Source: Vulcanimicrobiota bacterium
Lineage (GTDB): Bacteria > Vulcanimicrobiota > Xenobia > Xenobiales > JADMJV01
Length of the DNA: 64,000 nt
Assembly: GCA_050250895.1 (NCBI GenBank)
Contig: JBFWNU010000001.1
Location: forward strand, 2,596,891 to 2,660,890
Direction: 5' to 3'
Within the stretch, counting starts at the first letter, position 1. Each line of letters starts with the position of its first letter. Of the stretch, positions 55,857-64,000 are shown piece by piece. Both the position numbers and the translations under genes were made by a program. The notes below the pieces were generated by a model. That model saw nothing but the letters and a program-made list of their open reading frames with translations. It was not told the DNA's origin and did no database searches.

Positions 55857-56503
55857 TCTTCCGTGTCGGGCAACTCGATAAACAGCGTTCGACTGGAGGG
55901 GGTGGTAGACCACTCATAAGGTTCCCAGCGCTGCTCGGGGCGATGGAAGTAAGCTGCGATGGTTCGCCTGCCGTCGCTCCACAAGACGGCCCCGCGACCC
56001 ATCCCCTCGAGCAGGTGGCTGGTGCGCTCAATGGGCGCTACCAGATCTTCGCTAAAGAGACGAAATTCGGCGCTTTGCTCGAGTGCCTGGCCGGCCTGGT
56101 CCAGGCTGTCTTCGCTGGGCAACTCGTCGAGCACCAGGTGGGCCGGGGCCCGCCCCTCGAGAAAGGCTTTGATGTGGCCCTGATCCTCATCGACCGCTTC
56201 GGCGAGCTCCCCGTTGAAGTAGACGTAGATCTCGTCGACCGGCTGGGGATTGGCAACTGTAAAAACCACCACCACCCGCTGGCCTTCTTGCAGGCGGCCC
56301 GATTCGGCGAGGGTGAAGCCTTTGTCCTCTGCCTGGGCGTAGAGTTGGGCCGCCGAGTCGCTGCGTGAGGCCCAGAACTGTGGGCTGCAGACGGCCCGGA
56401 AGTCGGCCTGGCGTCGGGCGTTGAGGGTCTCGGCGAAGCGAGTGCCCGGGTCGGCCAGGGCTGGCAGGGCCAGCAGCAAGGCCAGGACCAGAATGCGGCT
56501 CAC
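55853..56503 (-). CDS. Exported hypothetical protein
   Basis: Signal peptide ...LALPALA; coupled to the iorA stop. Confidence 0.65.
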   Translation of the reverse strand: MSRILVLALLLALPALADPGTRFAETLNARRQADFRAVCSPQFWASRSDSAAQLYAQAEDKGFTLAESGRLQEGQRVVVVFTVANPQPVDEIYVYFNGELAEAVDEDQGHIKAFLEGRAPAHLVLDELPSEDSLDQAGQALEQSAEFRLFSEDLVAPIERTSHLLEGMGRGAVLWSDGRRTIAAYFHRPEQRWEPYEWSTTPSSRTLFIELPDTEE

Positions 56504-56946
56504 GACCCGGCCGCCTGGCGAATGGCCTGACGGATGCGAACGTAGGTACCGCATCGACAAAGGTTGCCGGCCATGGCACTGTCGATCTCATCGTCACTGG
56601 GGCTGGCGTTCTGGTTGAGCAACCCCACCGCCGCCATGATCTGGCCCGACTGGCAGTAGCCGCACTGGGGTACCGCGATTTCTCGCCAGGCCTGCTGCAC
56701 GGGATGGTCTTGCAGGCCCTCGATGGTAGTGACCTCTTTGCCGACGGCTTGCGAGACGGGCAGCAGGCAGGTGCGGGTGGGGGCCCCGTCGAGGTGGACC
56801 GTGCAAGCGCCGCACAGGGTGGCTCCGCAGCCGAACTTGGTGCCCGTCAGTCCCAGGTCCTCACGCAAGACCCAGAGCAGCGGCTTGCTCGGCTCGACCT
56901 CGAGGTCATGCCGAGTGCCGTTGACGTTGAGAGTGATCTTTTCCAT
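56500..56946 (-). CDS. iorA: (2Fe-2S) subunit, isoquinoline 1-oxidoreductase alpha-like
   Basis: GCG...[15 protein letters not shown]. Confidence 0.88.
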   Translation of the reverse strand: MEKITLNVNGTRHDLEVEPSKPLLWVLREDLGLTGTKFGCGATLCGACTVHLDGAPTRTCLLPVSQAVGKEVTTIEGLQDHPVQQAWREIAVPQCGYCQSGQIMAAVGLLNQNASPSDDEIDSAMAGNLCRCGTYVRIRQAIRQAAGS

Positions 56947-56955
56947 CGCTCCTCC

Positions 56956-59142
56956 TTAGACCAATCCGTGTTTTGCAAAGGGAAGTGACCGGATGCGCCG
57001 GCCGGTGGCGGCGAAGATGGCGTTGGCCACGGCCGGGGCCAGGGGCGGCACGCCCGGCTCGCCCACCCCGGTGGGGGCCTCGGTCGAGGGCACGATGTGG
57101 ACCTCGACCTCGGGGGTGTCGCGAATGCGCATCACCTGGTAGCGGTCGAAATTGGCCTGTTCGACCATGCCCTCTTTGAGGGTCACCTCTTCCCGGAGAG
57201 CAGCCGACAGAGCGAAGAGAATACCGCTCTCCATCTGAGCCTTGACGATGTCGGGGTTGACCGCCAGGCCACAGTCGACGGCGCACACCACCCGGTCGAC
57301 CTTGAGCTTGCCCCCGTTTACGGTCACGTCGGCCACTTCGGCCACGAAGCTGCTGAACGATTCGTGGACGGCCACCCCGCGTCCCCGTCCCGGGTCGCTG
57401 GGAGCCGGACCCGCCTTTTCCAGGGCAAGCTCGAGGGCCTTGAGCAAGCGTGGCTTGCCGGTCAACATCGTCCGGCGCAGAGCGACCGGGTCCTGGCCGG
57501 CCAGGTGGGCCAACTCGTCAAAGAAAGTCTCGGTCACATAGGCGTTGTGCGTATGACCCACCGAGCGCCACCACAAGGCCGGCACGCCGGGTTCGGGCAG
57601 ATGCAGCTCGACCCGGAGGTTGGGCACGGTGTAGCACAGGTCGGCCGAGCCCTCGACCGCGGCGTGCTCGATTTTTTGCCCGCCAAACGGCGTCCCTTTG
57701 AGGATCGACTGCACCGCCACCCGATGCTTGAAGGCGCTGATGGCGCCGGATTTGTCCACCGAACCCCAGACCTTATGCACGCTCATGGGCCGGTAGCGCC
57801 CGCCCTTGATGTCGTCTTCGCGGGTGCGCACCAACTTGACCGGGACCCGCTTTTGCATAGCCTTGGCGATGGCCACGGCGGCCATCACATAATCGCTGTC
57901 GGGAACGCCGCGCCGTCCGAAGCTGCCTCCACAATAGTAGGTGTGGACCACGATCTGATCAGGCTCAAGGCCCAGCAACCCGGCCGCGTTGGCCTGGTCG
58001 AAAGTGGGGATCTGGGTGCCGGTGTAGAGGTGGCATTCGTGCTCTTGGAGGTCGACCAGGCAGCCCGGAACCTCCATGCAGGCATGCGCCAGATACGGAA
58101 ACTCGTAGTCGGCCTCGATGGCCTTGCCTGCTTTGAGGGCCTTTTCTACATCGCCATCGTTGCGGGCCACTTCGCCGGGCCTGGCCACCAGTTCTCGGTA
58201 GTGAGCGAAGAGTTCGGCACTGCCGCGCAGCTCAGACTCGCTATCGTCCCACTCGACTTTCACCTTGTTTCGGCCCTGGCTGGCGGCCCAAAAATCGCGA
58301 GCCACTACCCCCACTCCGCGTTCGGTGGTGACCACCTCGAGCACCCCCGGCACCTCGAGCGCTTCGGCCGAATCGACCTTCTTGACCTTGCCGCCAAAGC
58401 GGGGAGGATAAAGCATCACTGCCGTGACCATGCCGGGAAGGCTGGCGTCGAGGCTAAACTGGGCCTTGCCGTCGCTCTTGTCGGCCACGTCGAGGCGCTC
58501 GACCGTCTTACCGACGTAGCGATACTTCTCGGGCGACTTGAATTCGGGTTGCTCGGGCGGCGTGATTTGGGCGGCCGCAGCGGCCACCTCGCCAAAGCCC
58601 AATTCTCGGCCGTCGGCCGTTTTGAGCCGACCCTCGGCGACCTCGATTTGGCCACTCTCGATGCCCCACTGCCTCGCGGCCGCTTCGACCAGCATTTGGC
58701 GGGCGCCGGCCCCGGCAAGCCGCAGCTGGTCCCAACTGTTGGCGATGGAACTCGAGCCCCCGGTGGCCTGAATCCCCAGGCGCAGGTTCTTATAGCGTTC
58801 GGCGTCGGCCGGGGCAAATTCCCAGCGCATCTGCTCCCAGGCAGCATCCATCTCTTCGGCCACGATGGTGGTCAGGCCGGTGGTCACCCCCTGGCCCAAC
58901 TCGGCGTGCTTGATGACCACCGTGACCGTCCCGTCGCTGCCGACCTTGACGAAGGAGTTGAGCGCCTGCAAGTTCACCGCCGGCGGGTGGGCGGGAGTCG
59001 GGGTTGCGGGCAAATTCGGCACCGGAGGGTTGGCCTGGCATCCCACCACGAATCCGGCGGTCCCCAGGCTGATCACGTGGAGGAAGTTGCGGCGGCTGAG
59101 GGTGGGAGACTGAGGGGACAGGTAACGGTGGACCTTCTGCAT
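56956..59142 (-). CDS. iorB: Molybdopterin subunit, isoquinoline 1-oxidoreductase beta-like, Tat-exported
   Basis: [24 protein letters not shown]. Confidence 0.88.
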   Translation of the reverse strand: MQKVHRYLSPQSPTLSRRNFLHVISLGTAGFVVGCQANPPVPNLPATPTPAHPPAVNLQALNSFVKVGSDGTVTVVIKHAELGQGVTTGLTTIVAEEMDAAWEQMRWEFAPADAERYKNLRLGIQATGGSSSIANSWDQLRLAGAGARQMLVEAAARQWGIESGQIEVAEGRLKTADGRELGFGEVAAAAAQITPPEQPEFKSPEKYRYVGKTVERLDVADKSDGKAQFSLDASLPGMVTAVMLYPPRFGGKVKKVDSAEALEVPGVLEVVTTERGVGVVARDFWAASQGRNKVKVEWDDSESELRGSAELFAHYRELVARPGEVARNDGDVEKALKAGKAIEADYEFPYLAHACMEVPGCLVDLQEHECHLYTGTQIPTFDQANAAGLLGLEPDQIVVHTYYCGGSFGRRGVPDSDYVMAAVAIAKAMQKRVPVKLVRTREDDIKGGRYRPMSVHKVWGSVDKSGAISAFKHRVAVQSILKGTPFGGQKIEHAAVEGSADLCYTVPNLRVELHLPEPGVPALWWRSVGHTHNAYVTETFFDELAHLAGQDPVALRRTMLTGKPRLLKALELALEKAGPAPSDPGRGRGVAVHESFSSFVAEVADVTVNGGKLKVDRVVCAVDCGLAVNPDIVKAQMESGILFALSAALREEVTLKEGMVEQANFDRYQVMRIRDTPEVEVHIVPSTEAPTGVGEPGVPPLAPAVANAIFAATGRRIRSLPFAKHGLV

Positions 59143-59199
59143 CGAAGCTGCTTCAATGGCCTGGGCGGGGATCCTCTGGCCCGGCGCGAAGCTGCGGGG

Positions 59200-60078
59200 A
59201 TGTGTGACCTGTATCGATGGCTCGACCAGCTGACCCCGGCGATGGCCCTGGCCTCGGTGGTGCGCACCTCGGGCTCGACCTATCGCAAGGTCGGGGCCCG
59301 CATGGTCATCGACGAAACGGGCGAGTTTCTCGGCCTGGTCAGCGGCGGTTGCCTCGAGCGCGAGGTGGCCCGCCGGGCTCAGCAGGTGCTGGCCGACGGC
59401 ACGCCTCAATTGGTGGCCTTCGACACACGCCAGTTTCTGGGTTGTGACGGCCTGGTCGAGATCGTCATCGAGCCTTTGCCGGCCGAACTCATCACGGCAC
59501 TGCGCCGCCAGGTCGAAGAGCGGCGTCAGGACCTGACTCTGGTCACCCCCTTTACCGGCGGAACCCGCCTGGGAAGCGGCGACCCCGAGAGCTTGAGCGT
59601 CCGCCTCGAGCCGCCTCGCCGACTGCTGATTTTCGGCTCGGGAGTCGACGTGGCGCCGATGGCCGCCATGGCCGAGTGCCTGGGTTATGAAACGGTCCGC
59701 CTGACCCACCCGGCCGATCCGGCCCGCCCCGCCGGTCTGGTCCCCCTCGACCCGGCCGGAGTGGCTCGCCGTTTTGCTCTTGACCAGCGGACGGCGGCGG
59801 TGGTGATGAACCATCATTACGGCAACGATCTGGCCTTTCTGGCCGCCCTCTGGGACAGCCCCGTCGGCTATCTGGGTTGCGTCGGCAGCCGGGCCCGGCG
59901 CGAGTGCTTGTTGGCCGATCTAGCCCAGAGCGGCCTCGCCATCGAAGCCCGCCCCTTCTTCTCGCCGGCCGGACTGAATCTTGGGGGGGAAGGGCCCGAG
60001 GCCATCGCGCTCTCGGTTCTAGCCGAGATCCAGACGGTCTTCTCGGGCGCGCCTCACCCCCACGTCCACAATGTCTGA
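59200..60078 (+). CDS. xdhC: XdhC/CoxI Moco-insertion chaperone
   Basis: GSTYR.VGARM, SGGCLE, LGC.G, PAGLNLG.EGPEAIALS. Confidence 0.88.
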   Translation: MCDLYRWLDQLTPAMALASVVRTSGSTYRKVGARMVIDETGEFLGLVSGGCLEREVARRAQQVLADGTPQLVAFDTRQFLGCDGLVEIVIEPLPAELITALRRQVEERRQDLTLVTPFTGGTRLGSGDPESLSVRLEPPRRLLIFGSGVDVAPMAAMAECLGYETVRLTHPADPARPAGLVPLDPAGVARRFALDQRTAAVVMNHHYGNDLAFLAALWDSPVGYLGCVGSRARRECLLADLAQSGLAIEARPFFSPAGLNLGGEGPEAIALSVLAEIQTVFSGAPHPHVHNV

Positions 60079-61195
60079 ACTCGAGCAGTTTCTGGCCTCG
60101 GCCCGCCAGGGCCAGACCGAGTCGAGCGGAGTCTTCTCGGTCGACCCCGTCAAAGCACGCCAGAAGCTAGCTCTCTATCAATTTACCGACCCCTACATCT
60201 ATGTCTTGCGGCTGGTGCAGGCGGCGGTGGCGGCCGGGGCTGACCAGGTCAGCGTGTCCTCGGGCCAGCGCTCGGTCGAACTCGCCTTCAACAGCCGGTT
60301 CGCCCCCGAATCCCTGGAGCAGTTGCTGACTCTAGCCGGAGCCGGCCCGCCTCATCTGGCCGCCGGCCTGTACGGCGCCCTCAACGCCCGAGCCAGCCGG
60401 ATTATCTTGAGCAGCGGCTCGGCCCGTCTAAGCCTGACGGCTGGCGGCGGCCAGTTCAGCCAGACTGAGCCGGTCGAGGGCACTCACGTGACCATTCGCC
60501 GCAAAGCCCCAGGCTTTTTCTGGAAGAGCGACCGCGAGTCGGCGCTGGTGCGCGAGCGCTGTTGCTATGCGGCCCTGCCCATTCTTTGCAATGGCAAGAT
60601 CGTCAATCGGGCCTATCTCGGCCTGCCCGGCAATGACCCCGACCTTCGCGAAGGCGAGCGGTGGTTCTTGGGCGAGCCGTTAACCGACTACACCCAGCGC
60701 GAACTCTTTCTGATCGCTGAGGAGTTTCGGCCCGATCTTGTCACCGCTCCCTGGCAGCCCACCTGGGGCGCTTCGATGGAGGCCATCGACGGGCTGGACT
60801 GGCGCACCACCAAGGAGCTGCGCCGCAACCACAGCCAAAGCGCCCGGCGCTCGCGCTCGAAGGCGGCCGATAAGTGCTTCGCCCGCTGCCCTCGCCTGGG
60901 CACCCGGCGCTCGCGCTCACTCGTCCTCCCATCCGAGACCGAAGAGACACGCGCTCACCTGCGTCCCTGCCATCTGGCTCTGGCCACTCGCCGCGACAGC
61001 CAGGGGGATTCTCAACTGGTGGTGGTGCGCGACGGAGTGGCGCTCAACACCGTCTTCAACGCCTTTCCCAGCCCGGGCGCCCTGGCCGTGGTCTCGGGGC
61101 GCGCTCTCAAGACCGACGCGGGCGGAATGGCCGTGATCGAAGACCGCAACTACACTTCGCTGTGCCAGTATCTTGAATTGCTGGCCAATAGCTAG
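60071..61195 (+). CDS. Hypothetical protein with degenerate HSP90/GHKL-like N-terminus
   Basis: SSGVFSVDPVKARQKLALYQF...LRLVQAAVAAGA; paralog of 42095. Confidence 0.7.
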   Translation: MSELEQFLASARQGQTESSGVFSVDPVKARQKLALYQFTDPYIYVLRLVQAAVAAGADQVSVSSGQRSVELAFNSRFAPESLEQLLTLAGAGPPHLAAGLYGALNARASRIILSSGSARLSLTAGGGQFSQTEPVEGTHVTIRRKAPGFFWKSDRESALVRERCCYAALPILCNGKIVNRAYLGLPGNDPDLREGERWFLGEPLTDYTQRELFLIAEEFRPDLVTAPWQPTWGASMEAIDGLDWRTTKELRRNHSQSARRSRSKAADKCFARCPRLGTRRSRSLVLPSETEETRAHLRPCHLALATRRDSQGDSQLVVVRDGVALNTVFNAFPSPGALAVVSGRALKTDAGGMAVIEDRNYTSLCQYLELLANS

Positions 61196-61638
61196 CTGTC
61201 GGTAGGGTCACTCACGTCGAGGAAAGGAAATAGCCTGAAGTCACGGATATTGCGAGTCCAAAGAGTCCGCACCTGGTAGCGCCGGAGAGTGGCGGCCAAC
61301 AGGCTATCGGCGACTCGGTGCCGCCCCAGTTTGTGTTCCTCGAGCAGAGCAAGCGCGTTGACCAGGTCAATCTCATCGCTGTGAAGCACCCTGACGTTGG
61401 AACGGCCTAAATAGAGGCGCGCTTCCCCGATGGCCTGGGCCATCGAGAGGGGAGGGTCGAAGCGTCTGGAGTCCGTGACGACATGGACCATCTCGTGGAG
61501 AATCGACACCGTCACGACCATCCGCCTGGTTCGATCCGACAACAAAGCCTGCAACGCAGCCAGGGACATTTCGTGTTCGGAAAAGGCGGGAAACTGCGCG
61601 TAGATTAGGAGGTTGGTGTCGACGGCAACGTCGCTCAC
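61192..61638 (-). CDS. vapC: PIN-domain toxin
   Basis: VDTNLLIYA, HEMVHVVT, DSLLAA, TRNIRDF. Confidence 0.88.
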   Translation of the reverse strand: MSDVAVDTNLLIYAQFPAFSEHEMSLAALQALLSDRTRRMVVTVSILHEMVHVVTDSRRFDPPLSMAQAIGEARLYLGRSNVRVLHSDEIDLVNALALLEEHKLGRHRVADSLLAATLRRYQVRTLWTRNIRDFRLFPFLDVSDPTDS

Positions 61639-61874
61639 AGGTGACGAGTGCCCATTTCGTCATAGAGTTCAAAGCGTTCGGGTAGGGCGGCTACAGGTTG
61701 ATGCCCTTCGAAAAGAGGCAGCCGCTCCAGTCGTTCGAGAGGTTGCAGCCGCTCTTCGCGATAGAGACGCATCGCCTCACGCATGAGTTCGGCAATCGGA
61801 CGGTCGGTACGGTGAGCATGAGCCCGGAAGGCTTCGTAATCCTCTTCGGATACCGAAATCGATATTGTTCTCAT
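61635..61874 (-). CDS. vapB: RHH/CopG antitoxin
   Basis: MRTISISV...IAELMREA; overlaps vapC; TTGACG-17-TATCAT promoter with CATAT-N8-ATATG inverted repeat. Confidence 0.8.
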   Translation of the reverse strand: MRTISISVSEEDYEAFRAHAHRTDRPIAELMREAMRLYREERLQPLERLERLPLFEGHQPVAALPERFELYDEMGTRHL

Positions 61875-61958
61875 ATGGTTTATGATATGGCTCGTGGCGG
61901 CCTCCGTCAAGACGCCGGGGAGGTATGTCCCGCTCGTGACCAGAAAAATGCAGACAGG

Positions 61959-62291
61959 GTGAAAGGTCAGATTTCAAGATACCGGCCGGCGGCACGCCTA
62001 CTATTGAGCTTGGTGTTGGTCCTGTCGATGCTCGGCTATGGGCTCGACCTCAAGTGTGCCTTTAGCTCCGATTGTTGTCAGACTGCCGACTGCTGCCACG
62101 ACTGCGGTGCCCCTCCCCACAGCGATTGGACCGATCAGGCGCAGCCAAAGCCGCCGGTGGTGCTCACCCTGGCGCCGATGTCACCAGCCGGGCCCGACCT
62201 GGGGATACCCGAGGCACCGCCTCCCCAGACGAAACTAGTCTTTCAGGCCCCAGCCAGAGCCGAACCCTCTCGAGGCCCTCCCGCCGTCTAG
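61959..62291 (+). CDS. Cys-rich leader peptide ending RGPP (DUF2946/CruR-like uORF)
   Basis: Hydrophobic N-terminus, CC...CCHDC, Pro-rich linker, SRGPPAV*. Confidence 0.7.
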   Translation: MKGQISRYRPAARLLLSLVLVLSMLGYGLDLKCAFSSDCCQTADCCHDCGAPPHSDWTDQAQPKPPVVLTLAPMSPAGPDLGIPEAPPPQTKLVFQAPARAEPSRGPPAV

Positions 62292-62348
62292 TTGCCACCG
62301 CTGGTCTGCTCTTGCGGCCCCGTTTCACTAGAGGTTGGAGGCATTGGA

Positions 62349-63992
62349 GTGCCCGTCATCGATCATTTGCGCGCCCGCTGGCCCTGGCTGGTCGCGGGAG
62401 CGGTTCTCTTTCTATCTATTGTCCTGGTGGGTTATGGATTATCCCGGCGTCAGGCCACCCCGGTCGAAGAGAAGCCGATTCTCTCGGTGGTGGCCGGTAG
62501 GGCCGGGAAAGCCGGCGAAGTCCTGGTAACCCAGCAGGCACTCAAATTGGCCGAGATCGAAGTCGCGCCGGCGACGGTTCGTTCTGTGGCCGACAAGCTC
62601 ACCCTCACCGGCATTGTGCGAAGTGGGGGCAACCAGAAGGCCAAGATCACGCCCCAGGTGGCTGGCGAGGTGGTCGAGATCCGGTCCCTCATCGGCGATC
62701 AGGTCAAGAAGGGCCAGGTGTTGGCCTGTCTGGCCAGCCCCGAATTGGCCAGAGCTCAAGCCGATTTTCATGAGGCCGCGGCCAGGTTGGAGGTCTTTGA
62801 AGCCGACCTGGCTCGCAAAGAACAACTGGCCAGCCTGGGCGAGTACGGTAGCGATGCTTTGGAAGACTCTCACTCTCGAGCCGTCGAGGCGGAACGCAAT
62901 CTTCTCTCGGCCCGCCGTTCGGTGGCCGAGAAAGAAGCCGAGCTGACCGAAGCCCGCAGCCAGGTCGAGGTGCTAGCCAACCGGCTTGCTCAGGCCGAGG
63001 CCGAACTGGCCGTGAAGAAGGCGCACTACGAGCGGGCCAGGGCTGTGCCCGAAGTGGTCTCGCTGCAGAATCTGGAGCGGCTTCGGGCCGATTTCGAGAA
63101 GGCGAAGGCCGACGTGGCCGTCGCCCGCGCCTCGAAGCTCCAGGGCGAGGCGCACCTTCAGGTCGCCGGTCGCAATCTGGAAACGGCCATTGCCGAGCAA
63201 CCCTTGGTGCAAAAGGAATACGAGGTCCGCCGACGGGCACTGTCCAGAGAAGAGAAGATCTTCTCGGGCGGCTTTTCACGCAACCAGGAACTGGTCGATG
63301 CCCAGGCCCGACGCAATCTGGCTCGGGTCGAGCTTAGCAGCGCGGCCGAACGGGTCAAGCTGCTGGGTGGATCCCCCGGTGGAGGCAGCCGGGTGCTGTT
63401 GCGTTCCCCCATCGCGGGCAAGGTCGAAGAGGCCTCATTGACTCTGGGCGAGAGCCTCGATTCGGATCAGGTGGCCTTTATCGTGGTCAATCTCGACCGG
63501 GTCTGGGCGACTTTGGCGGTGGCCCCCAAGGACTTGCCCAAACTGGCTGTCGGCGATCAGGTCGAGCTTCGAGCCGACGCCGCCCCCGACCGTACCTTCC
63601 AGGCTCGCCTGACCAGTGTTGGGACCACCACCGACGAAACCACCCGCACCGTGCCGGTAACCGTCGCCATCGATCATCCCGAGGCCATTTTGGCGGCCGG
63701 CTCCTACGTTCAGGCGACAGTCCTTACCGAGGTTCACCATGACCGTCTGACCGTCCCGACATCGGCCTTGCAGGAGCATACCGGCCGGGCTACCATCTAT
63801 GTGGCCAGCCCCGAGCAGGTAGGACGTTTCGAGGTGCGTCATGTGGTTCTGGGCATTCAAGAGGGCGATTGGCAAGAGATTGCCGACGGCCTGGCACCCA
63901 ACGAGTCGCTCGCTATCGGGGGCACTTTCTACCTCAAGTCAGAAGCCCTGAAGAGTTCGCTCTCCGACGGGTGCTGTGCGGTGGGGAAATAG
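62349..63992 (+). CDS. Heavy-metal RND efflux periplasmic adaptor (CzcB/CusB-like)
   Basis: GDQVKKGQ.L...SPEL, long helical hairpin, RSPIAG, TRT; SD GGAGG; C-terminal DGCC. Confidence 0.88.
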   Translation: MPVIDHLRARWPWLVAGAVLFLSIVLVGYGLSRRQATPVEEKPILSVVAGRAGKAGEVLVTQQALKLAEIEVAPATVRSVADKLTLTGIVRSGGNQKAKITPQVAGEVVEIRSLIGDQVKKGQVLACLASPELARAQADFHEAAARLEVFEADLARKEQLASLGEYGSDALEDSHSRAVEAERNLLSARRSVAEKEAELTEARSQVEVLANRLAQAEAELAVKKAHYERARAVPEVVSLQNLERLRADFEKAKADVAVARASKLQGEAHLQVAGRNLETAIAEQPLVQKEYEVRRRALSREEKIFSGGFSRNQELVDAQARRNLARVELSSAAERVKLLGGSPGGGSRVLLRSPIAGKVEEASLTLGESLDSDQVAFIVVNLDRVWATLAVAPKDLPKLAVGDQVELRADAAPDRTFQARLTSVGTTTDETTRTVPVTVAIDHPEAILAAGSYVQATVLTEVHHDRLTVPTSALQEHTGRATIYVASPEQVGRFEVRHVVLGIQEGDWQEIADGLAPNESLAIGGTFYLKSEALKSSLSDGCCAVGK

Positions 63993-64000
63993 GCTCTTGC

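Overview
High-GC bacterial chromosomal window. A Terrabacteria-type lineage, plausibly Eremiobacterota/Vulcanimicrobiota, is inferred from gene content and the 16S sequence but was not verified by search. The first ~5.7 kb is a lower-GC, decayed integrative island. It begins with a stand-alone transcription unit (consensus promoter, RNA, terminator) that encodes a complete but circularly permuted tRNA-Asn(GTT) structure of Y-RNA/YrlA type. After it come three stacked copies of a tyrosine-integrase 3' end, an unannotated type I toxin-antitoxin-like module (31-aa TM peptide plus convergent antisense RNA), and an XRE-IrrE/ImmA peptidase + DUF4411 PIN pair. The rest is mostly core and accessory genes: a hidden CxxU selenoprotein with a SECIS-like hairpin, a subtilase, an M23 peptidase, a coiled-coil/unknown/AAA-ATPase gene set, rluB-dnaG (apparent ATC start)-rpoD, a complete 16S-23S-5S operon, GST, MFS, azlCD, an H-NOX signalling cluster, iorAB/xdhC, vapBC, and an RGPP-ending Cys-rich leader peptide upstream of a heavy-metal RND adaptor. 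Several genes encoding proteins with secretion-like low-complexity N-termini share an 11-bp-period direct-repeat promoter motif, and many genes look leaderless. No CRISPR array or canonical tRNA was seen.
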